Origin: Algoriphagus sp.
GTDB lineage: Bacteria > Bacteroidota > Bacteroidia > Cytophagales > Cyclobacteriaceae
Reading direction: 5' to 3'
DNA length: 64,000 bases
Assembly (NCBI GenBank): GCA_044353615.1
Contig: JBILBQ010000001.1
Location: 19,201 to 83,200, forward strand
Shown: piece after piece, positions 20,011-27,161 of the stretch
How positions within the stretch are numbered: the first letter of the stretch is position 1
Layout: every line of letters begins with the position of its first letter
Notes under the pieces: generated by a model
What the model saw: only the letters and a program-made list of their open reading frames with translations
What the model was told of the DNA's origin: nothing
Databases searched by the model: none
Program-made: the position numbers and the translations under genes

Positions 20011-20042
20011 CCCCTTCAGAAGAGATTTTGAAGGGGATTTTT
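20011..20042 (+). terminator. Terminator-like hairpin
   Basis: CCCCTTCAGAA-gaga-TTTTGAAGGGG followed by ATTTTT. Confidence 0.6.
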
Positions 20043-20051
20043 GTTTTATTA

Positions 20052-20346
20052 GCTCGCCAAGGCGCAGAGACCTGCCTGCGGTAGGCAGGCGCAAAGAATA
20101 AACTTAACTCCTTAGCGGCCTACTTTCCGTGGGGAGGAGCAAAGAATAAACTCCTCGGCGGCTTGGCGGCTTAGCGAGCATTATAACTTTTGAAATATGT
20201 ATTCTCGCAAAGGCGCAGAGATGCAAAGAATAAACCTAACTCCTTAGCGGCATACCTTCCGTGGGGAGGAGGAAAGAATAAATTCCTTGGCGGCTTTGCG
20301 GCTTAGCGCGCATTATTACTTTTTAAAACATTTATTCTTTGCGAGA
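20052..20346. repeat. Tandem ~140-150 bp REP-like palindromic units
   Basis: Two copies (20052-20203 and 20204-~20340) of CTCGC(C/A)AAGGCGCAGAGA...GCAAAGAATAAAC..AACTCCTTAGCGGC...CCGTGGGGAGGAG...GGCGGCTT.GCGGCTTAGCG.GCATTAT. Confidence 0.85.
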
Positions 20347-20382
20347 AAAAGAAAAAAATAGCTAAGCGAGCATAGCGCCCCC

Positions 20383-20928
20383 TTACTTAACCAAATTCAG
20401 CTTTCCGCTGACGTCAATCACTTCTGCGATCTTGTTGAATACCAGCGTGGGCACCTCAATCTTGTAGTCTTCGGTGCGTACTGTAAAGGCAAAAGTCACT
20501 TTCATTTCGGTGGCAGAAGCCACAATCGAACCCTTGACGGTAACCGGCTTGGTGACCCCATGAATGGTGAGATTGCCAGCTGCAGTCACCGGATAAGTAC
20601 CCGGCTTACTGAGGTCTATGGTTTCCGTGATTTTCCCGGCAAATTTCGCCGTTGGGTAGCGTTCGCTCTCCAAGTAGTTCTCATTGAAGTGCTCCTGCAT
20701 GAGTTTGTTGGGAAACTGAAAATCGGTGATCTTCATCTGAATCGCCAAGTCACTAGTACCTACGTTGAGAATGGCTCCAGCCTTTTTGTTAAGTGCCTCG
20801 ATATCAAGCGCAGGGGTCTTGGAAAAAAAGGATACCTCCCCCACGGAAGTTCGATACAAGGTTTGACCAAGAGACAAACCGCTTCCTAACAGTAGGAAGA
20901 AGGAAAAGAATAGGATCGATTTTTTCAT
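20383..20928 (-). CDS. YceI-family (polyisoprenoid-binding) secreted protein
   Basis: Signal peptide; LMQEHFNENYLES, YPTAKF and GNLTIHGVTK motifs. Confidence 0.88.
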   Translation of the reverse strand: MKKSILFFSFFLLLGSGLSLGQTLYRTSVGEVSFFSKTPALDIEALNKKAGAILNVGTSDLAIQMKITDFQFPNKLMQEHFNENYLESERYPTAKFAGKITETIDLSKPGTYPVTAAGNLTIHGVTKPVTVKGSIVASATEMKVTFAFTVRTEDYKIEVPTLVFNKIAEVIDVSGKLNLVK

Positions 20929-21911
20929 TTGTGTGCGTTTCTAGCGGCTTTATCCAAACTGAAGGTTCGAGCGATGTTGAACCCATAAAAGATGTCACCT
21001 TTATCCCATGCGCCCACATTCTGCCCGATAAATTGCTTTTCGACCATGCCACGGGCATTGGTGAGGTGAAATTGGAACACGTGTCCACCCGTCTCAATGT
21101 CTACACCAAAAGAAAGTGCATTGCGGTAGGGATAGGGAAAGCCCCCAATCCCACCATCGTCGTCATCCTCATCCTCCTCCAGTTCACGCAAGGTATAGTA
21201 GTACTCCGCAGAAAGCGTTACCCGCTGGCTGAGTTTGTACCGCCCCCCTGCACCCAGTGCAAACAGTTGGTTAGGGATACTTGGATCCTCCACCTTGTTG
21301 ACGTGGATGAGGGTAGGCATGAGCTGTAGGGAAAGCTTTTCAGTAAACTTGCGCGCTACCAGCACCTGACTCCAGTAGGAATAGCGCTCGATGTTGTTGT
21401 TAAACTTCATAGGGGAACCCGACTCCATGATGTATCCCGTAGGCATGGTGTTGATTCCCCAGCCCGCCATTGCAGTTACGGTAACAGGAATCCTATTAGA
21501 TTGTCGTAAGACCTTGTATTTGGTATACAGGTCGTAGGTTTTTTCAAGGGAACTCCTCCCCGCTCCTACGAGCCAGCGGTCAGTAAGGCCATATTCCAAG
21601 CCCAGTCGGATTTTGGCTTCGTCAAGACCAAAAAAATTGGCGATAAACCCAGAATTTACGGCTCCAAAACGGTGTGAAATCCAAAAATTAAGGTGGTTTT
21701 TGGAGATGGTTTCGATGGTTTGCCCATTGATGAGTCGGGAGGCTTTAAAGGTCGCTATCGTGTAGGTTGGCTCTTTGGCTTGCTCGGCATCGAGTAAGCT
21801 TAAGAGATCGTCCTGTGAGGAAGCTGAGGTCCAAGCGCTTGTTCCGAGGAAGAGCCCGAGAGAAAAAATCCCTCCTAGTAAGCGCAATTTTTTCACCCTA
21901 ATCCCCATCAT
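20925..21911 (-). CDS. DUF5777-like outer-membrane beta-barrel
   Basis: QDDLLSLL, TFKASRLIN, ISHRFG, DIETGGHVFQ and GFNIARTF motifs. Confidence 0.75.
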   Translation of the reverse strand: MMGIRVKKLRLLGGIFSLGLFLGTSAWTSASSQDDLLSLLDAEQAKEPTYTIATFKASRLINGQTIETISKNHLNFWISHRFGAVNSGFIANFFGLDEAKIRLGLEYGLTDRWLVGAGRSSLEKTYDLYTKYKVLRQSNRIPVTVTAMAGWGINTMPTGYIMESGSPMKFNNNIERYSYWSQVLVARKFTEKLSLQLMPTLIHVNKVEDPSIPNQLFALGAGGRYKLSQRVTLSAEYYYTLRELEEDEDDDDGGIGGFPYPYRNALSFGVDIETGGHVFQFHLTNARGMVEKQFIGQNVGAWDKGDIFYGFNIARTFSLDKAARNAHK

Positions 21912-22354
21912 GTCGTTACTTTTAAGTTTGTGCCATCAAGTACGGTGGCGTAGGTTTTCAATCCGCGTGAACCGGTGGAGTTAAGACCCTTCCCTGCCGT
22001 GTCGAATCTGGCTCCATGAGCAGCGCAGTAAAATTCACCCGCATTAAATACTACTTGTCTCCTCCCTTCGTGAGAACACACCTGCGTCACCGCAGCAAAT
22101 GAAGATGCGCTTACTCGAGCAATCACGATTCCACTCACTACCACGTAGTTTCCTACGGTATTGAGTTTGGAATAGGCAGCTGAGTTCAGATCCAGGATCA
22201 ACTCATTTCCAGTAACTCCTGTGGGATTGGTAGGGTCCATACTTTCGTTGACGCAGCTGCTCAATCCAGAAGCAGCACAGTAGACTGCAAAAAGGGAAGC
22301 TCCTTTTAGCCCTAGGCTTTTCAGAAACTCCATGCGGTTCATTTTTTCGTTCAT
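21908..22354 (-). CDS. Rieske [2Fe-2S] lipoprotein with Tat-like signal
   Basis: NRMEFLK, LSSC lipobox, and CSH / CAAH ligand motifs. Confidence 0.85.
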   Translation of the reverse strand: MNEKMNRMEFLKSLGLKGASLFAVYCAASGLSSCVNESMDPTNPTGVTGNELILDLNSAAYSKLNTVGNYVVVSGIVIARVSASSFAAVTQVCSHEGRRQVVFNAGEFYCAAHGARFDTAGKGLNSTGSRGLKTYATVLDGTNLKVTT

Positions 22355-22508
22355 CAGGGTAGTTGGTTTAAATACAATTCAAAAATAGAGTGGGCACTCT
22401 TTGCAGCCCCTTAGTGAATTCTTAAGATTTAGTTAAAATGGATTACTTCGGAAATCCCTACTCCTTAACGGATTTGAGAGTGAATTGGTTAACTGATGGA
22501 GTTTTTCT

Positions 22509-22761
22509 GTTGGACCCGCTGTTGCGGGTCCTGCTGAACATCATCCTATTCTTATTCCATGGGTTGCACCCATGGTTATTCATAGGTTGGACCCGCCGAG
22601 CGGGTCATGCATAATCAAATCGGTTCTCTCGAAAAGATCCGCCACGGCGGATCAAACCTTGAATAACCCCAGGTGAAGCCTGGGGAAGGTAGGTGAAACC
22701 TACCGAAGACAGGTGAAGCCGAGGATAAGGAATCCCAACCCGCCAAGGCGGGTTGAACTCC
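22509..22761. repeat. REP/REPIN-like palindrome cluster (left copy)
   Basis: Inverted double-hairpin units (CCATGGGTTGCACCCATGG-TTATTCATAGGTTG-GACCCGC..GCGGGTC and the reverse-oriented unit). Homologous to 30376-30785. Confidence 0.85.
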
Positions 22762-22801
22762 GACGACAGGCAAGAATGTCTTCCTTCGGCAGACCTCACA
22801 A

Positions 22802-23584
22802 CTACTTTTTCATCAAATTCAGATTGATATTCGAATTGATGATCAACCCATTATTATGTTGAAAACCATTTTTCCCATTAATCAGCCTTCCGTACTGCAG
22901 GGTCTGGTTGAGATAGCCTCCCTCCAATCTGAAATTTTTCGAAAATCGATATCCTAGTAAAACTCCTATTCTATTTTGGTCAAATACATTGGCGTTTACA
23001 TTTTCCCCAAAACCGACGAACACCTCATCGTACACCGCCAAATAGGGGGTTTTGTCCTGGATCTCATTTTCTTTCAAAGGAACCTGTATCCGTACCATGT
23101 ACCGCATTCGGTGAAGTAATGGAAACTCGGATTCTTTTGTTGCCTGTGCATCCGAATACTTCCCTACGAAACGCTGTTCAAGCATAAATCGGTGCGAAAA
23201 GTCCACCTTGCCTACTTTTTGGGAAAGTTGCGCCATCTGGAAAATCCGGTGCTCGGTAAATTGCTTCCCAAATCCATTCAATGGAAATTCTCCATAGGGA
23301 AAGGTTTCTATCCAGCCATAGCCTACCCTCAGCTGGACAGCAGGATGAAGCTGGTAGTTCAATCCCAAACGCAACAAACTCTGCTGCCAATCGGTGATTA
23401 CGTTCGCGCGCCGAAATTGGTATTCCGTATGAAGCCCGAGCTTATTGGATAGCTTGAAGGTTCCAAAATAGGTATACCAACCAATTTGATTGGCCGTATT
23501 CAGCCGATTGTTTTGCCCAAATGTTGGGTTGAAAAATAGGCCTAGGACAACGATCGTGCAGAAAATTGAGCGCCTTACATTCAT
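22802..23584 (-). CDS. DUF2490 outer-membrane beta-barrel protein
   Basis: Signal peptide; EYQFR, WQQSLLR, EHRIFQ, HRFMLEQRF, DEVF and FDQNR motifs. Confidence 0.82.
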   Translation of the reverse strand: MNVRRSIFCTIVVLGLFFNPTFGQNNRLNTANQIGWYTYFGTFKLSNKLGLHTEYQFRRANVITDWQQSLLRLGLNYQLHPAVQLRVGYGWIETFPYGEFPLNGFGKQFTEHRIFQMAQLSQKVGKVDFSHRFMLEQRFVGKYSDAQATKESEFPLLHRMRYMVRIQVPLKENEIQDKTPYLAVYDEVFVGFGENVNANVFDQNRIGVLLGYRFSKNFRLEGGYLNQTLQYGRLINGKNGFQHNNGLIINSNINLNLMKK

Positions 23585-23617
23585 GGTTCGTACGATTTAG
23601 AATTTCACCTGATCGGC

Positions 23618-25213
23618 TTAACTCACGATTGCTTTTCGAGCGGCAAGCGCATGCTCCGAAACAGGTTGGTGCTTTTCCAATCCGATGATTTTTACAGTTC
23701 CACCATTTTCTTCATAGTCCTCCTGAAAACGATGTAGATTCTCCATAACCGAATGGTCAACCAATTTGGTGTTTTTTAAATCAATCGTCACATTAAATCC
23801 TGCTGGAATTTCTTCCAATTTTCGTTTGATTCCCAAATAGTTGGAGAAAATTGCTGCCTTATCGATTTCAACCAAATACTGATTATTATTGAAGGACACC
23901 ACAGTAGGTGCCTTGAAGAAGGAGGAAATCGGAGTGCCTTTGGCTAGGTGCAGTATCATTTTCAATAGGACCCCTGCAGCAATACCGATGAGCAAATCCT
24001 CGACGAGGGTAAAAAAGATGGTGACCAAGAAAATAGCCAACTGTTCCTTCCCAATCTGGAACGTATGGATGAATTCTTTGGGGTGTGCCAATTTGATGCC
24101 CACAGAAATAAGCATGGCCGCAAGGGCAGCATTCGGGATCATCTCGATGACGGGTGTAGCGACTAGAACAAAAACAAGCAAGAATATTCCATGGTAGAAA
24201 TTTGCCCAGCGGGTTTTGGCACCTTGGGTGACATTCGCAGAACTACGAGCGACCTCAGAAATCATCGGCAAGCCACCCAAAAATGCAATTACCGTATTTC
24301 CCAAACCCACAGCAATCAGGTCCTTGTTCGAATCAGACTTTCTTCGGTAAGGATCCGCAAGGTCAATGGCTTTCACGGTCAATAAGGACTCAAGCGAACC
24401 CACGAGGGCAAACATGATGACATACTTCACAAAGATTCCGGTCTGAAAAACTCCAGAAAAATCAGTGTGCAACGAAATACTGTCCATCAAATTACCAATA
24501 TGCAACAAGGCATAGGGAGGCTCGGTATGCGCAAAATCCATAGCCAATTCCGAAGGAATTGCAACCAGCAAAACCATCAAAGGCGCTGGAATCTTACCTA
24601 ACGTGAAGTTTTTGAGGTAAGGCCAGCCGAGCATGATGGCCAAGCTGTAGACTCCAATCATGGTTGCCCTTGGATCAAAATTGGCGAAAAAGGTCGGGAT
24701 AGCCGTGATCATAGCCACTGTACTCATTCCCTTATATAACTCTGGATTGACATCCAAAAACACCGGGATCTGCTTGACAATGATGATGATCCCTATGGCT
24801 GCTAGCATCCCATGGATGGCAGATAGAGGAAACACATCCACCAACTTCCCAAACTTGAACAGGCCGAATAACACCTGAACTAATCCAGCAACGATCATGG
24901 CTCCCAAGGCGAGCTTCCAACCGGTCTCTCCACCTCCAAAAGCAGCTACTGCTCCAGCAACGACCACAATGAGTCCCGCAGCGGGACCCTTGATCGTCAA
25001 GCGTGAACCAGAAATGACACTAACTAGAATACCGCCAATGATGGCAGTAACCAATCCCATGATGGGTGGAAAATCTGAGGCTTTGGCAATCCCCAAACTC
25101 AGGGGCATGGCCAACAAGAATACCGCAAATCCTGCAGTGGCATCCGCAGCAAAATTTTCCTTTAAACCAGCCCATCCGTCTTTGGGCACCTGTGTTTTTG
25201 TTGTTGTTTTCAT
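23618..25213 (-). CDS. SulP/SLC26 anion (probably bicarbonate) transporter with short STAS-like domain
   Basis: PLSLGIA.AS, GPAAGL, GSLESLL, SEVARSSAN and IPNAALAAML motifs. Confidence 0.9.
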   Translation of the reverse strand: MKTTTKTQVPKDGWAGLKENFAADATAGFAVFLLAMPLSLGIAKASDFPPIMGLVTAIIGGILVSVISGSRLTIKGPAAGLIVVVAGAVAAFGGGETGWKLALGAMIVAGLVQVLFGLFKFGKLVDVFPLSAIHGMLAAIGIIIIVKQIPVFLDVNPELYKGMSTVAMITAIPTFFANFDPRATMIGVYSLAIMLGWPYLKNFTLGKIPAPLMVLLVAIPSELAMDFAHTEPPYALLHIGNLMDSISLHTDFSGVFQTGIFVKYVIMFALVGSLESLLTVKAIDLADPYRRKSDSNKDLIAVGLGNTVIAFLGGLPMISEVARSSANVTQGAKTRWANFYHGIFLLVFVLVATPVIEMIPNAALAAMLISVGIKLAHPKEFIHTFQIGKEQLAIFLVTIFFTLVEDLLIGIAAGVLLKMILHLAKGTPISSFFKAPTVVSFNNNQYLVEIDKAAIFSNYLGIKRKLEEIPAGFNVTIDLKNTKLVDHSVMENLHRFQEDYEENGGTVKIIGLEKHQPVSEHALAARKAIVS

Positions 25214-25259
25214 ATAATTTAAGGACTTACGCCCTCGTCTAAAGTCTGTAATTAGTTAG

Positions 25260-27161
25260 TTAGGCAATCTTTTTTGTGTTTGCCGCTGGCAAAGTGGTAG
25301 CATGTAAATCGATAGTGGATTCTGGCACAGTCCCCAAAAAGAGGCGTGCATAGATACGTACCGCAGCTACACCCTCCATCACGAAGGCCAAAGCCGCAAG
25401 AAAAGCAAGTACAAACTGATCTTCATGAATGTGGCTGAATAGCAAATCTTCCCCGATGAACGTAGGGGATATCGGGAACCCAATGAGTCCCAATACTGCC
25501 AATAGAAATAGAAATGCAACCAATGGATGTTGTCGGACATAGCCTTGGTAGCCATATAAGCCAAGATCTCCGTGTTGCTTGGTCATCCAAAGAATCAACC
25601 CCCAGCCCAGTGTTCCGAAGAACACCACACCACTGAGGTAAATTGCAATTTCAGTGGCTGCAAAATTTTCATTCTCGGCAATAGCAAGTACCATCCAAAA
25701 ATGGTTCATCCACAACATGGTCCATGCCAAACGAATGGACCTACGCTCGGTAAACGATTTCAATACCATCAATAGGGCTAGAAATGCAAACCCGACCGGT
25801 AGTAGTTGATGGAGCCAAGTAGGAAGTTCGTAGCCTTCAACGAGTAAGTATACCCCAACTGCATAGCTGGGGATGAAATACAAGAGCAAGGTCCGATACC
25901 TCAGAAAATCAAGCCGATGTCCCAACTTCTTTAAGGGCCCAAAAACCCATCCTTGAATAAACCGGTCTAGGTTCCACTCTTTCAAACTCCAAACATAAAT
26001 GGAAAGGTAGAGTCGGTTCCACCAAGTGCGCACTACCTTCTTTTGTTTGGGAACAAAACCATAAAACTGTTCCCGAATCAAGTAGCTGACTACCGAAGGG
26101 GAAACAAGCAATTGATAGGTTCGGAGGAAGGCATTCCCAGCAAAATGGATCAAGACCAACAACTCCAAACCTGCCGCAACTTCAATAAACATGATCCCAA
26201 TTTGAGTTAGCGAAGCATAACCAATTTGAGTTTTTACAGAGGTTTGCACCCGAGCAATCGTCGTGGACACTACAGCCGTAATCAGTCCTATAGCCCCAAT
26301 CAGGATACGTACAAGCAATTGATTTTCCCAGAAAGGATAGGTTCGTAGGAGCAAGAAAACTCCTAAATGCACCGAAAGCGATCCATAGAAGATCGCAGAT
26401 GAAGGTGTAGGACCCTCCATCGCCCTTGGCAACCAGGAAGAAAAAGGAAATTGCGCAGATTTGGCAGCCGCCGCCAGAAGCAGCATCAATCCAATAAAGA
26501 GCGTAATACCTGAATGACCGAGCTGCTGATCGACAACCCGCTGTGCATCTGTCAAATCCAAAAAGGTAACATTCGCATGCCAAAGGTGATGACTTGCCCA
26601 CATGGCCAAAATCAATCCCACATCCCCAATTCGGTAAATAGAAAATACTTTGATAGCATTACGAGACGGAAGGAGATTTTTACGGTAAAAGGCCACCAAC
26701 AAAAAGGAGGATAGTCCCAATACTTCCCATCCGATAAAGAGCGTTTCAAAATTTCCTGCCAGGATGGTCAGGTTGAAACCCAAATAAAAGAAAAGGACCG
26801 TATTGAAAAACCGCTTGTATCCAGGCTCTCGGTGCAAGTAATACCTACTGTAAAAGGTGATCAGAAAGGTGAGCATTGCCCCAACAATGAGGTATACTGC
26901 ACTAACTCTGTCAAAGAAAAAGTCTACCAAAAACTCAAAATGCTCGTTTTTTAAAAGCACAATTTCTTTGAGATTGAGGTCCTTTCCTCCTTGCAAAACC
27001 CAGAACCAAAGAAAAACCAAGGTACTCAGGAGGTTTATCCCTGAGGTGTAAAATGCAACCCGTGAAAGCCAAGTTTCCTTACTTTCAGGGATAGCCAAAC
27101 TAATCAAAAAGCCGAGGAGAGGTATCCCAATCATCAGCTGAATCCAATAAGATAGTTCCAT
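25260..27161 (-). CDS. dabB: NuoL/ND5-like membrane subunit of a DAB (MpsA-like) inorganic-carbon transporter
   Basis: GWE, RIGDVG and KSAQFPFSSWLPRAMEGPTP motifs; overlaps the stop codon of the DUF2309 gene. Confidence 0.85.
   Translation of the reverse strand: MELSYWIQLMIGIPLLGFLISLAIPESKETWLSRVAFYTSGINLLSTLVFLWFWVLQGGKDLNLKEIVLLKNEHFEFLVDFFFDRVSAVYLIVGAMLTFLITFYSRYYLHREPGYKRFFNTVLFFYLGFNLTILAGNFETLFIGWEVLGLSSFLLVAFYRKNLLPSRNAIKVFSIYRIGDVGLILAMWASHHLWHANVTFLDLTDAQRVVDQQLGHSGITLFIGLMLLLAAAAKSAQFPFSSWLPRAMEGPTPSSAIFYGSLSVHLGVFLLLRTYPFWENQLLVRILIGAIGLITAVVSTTIARVQTSVKTQIGYASLTQIGIMFIEVAAGLELLVLIHFAGNAFLRTYQLLVSPSVVSYLIREQFYGFVPKQKKVVRTWWNRLYLSIYVWSLKEWNLDRFIQGWVFGPLKKLGHRLDFLRYRTLLLYFIPSYAVGVYLLVEGYELPTWLHQLLPVGFAFLALLMVLKSFTERRSIRLAWTMLWMNHFWMVLAIAENENFAATEIAIYLSGVVFFGTLGWGLILWMTKQHGDLGLYGYQGYVRQHPLVAFLFLLAVLGLIGFPISPTFIGEDLLFSHIHEDQFVLAFLAALAFVMEGVAAVRIYARLFLGTVPESTIDLHATTLPAANTKKIA

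Noticed and set aside
25260-27161. Complex I nuoL or Mrp antiporter operon
   Set aside because: No other nuo/mrp genes are present and the gene is coupled to DUF2309.
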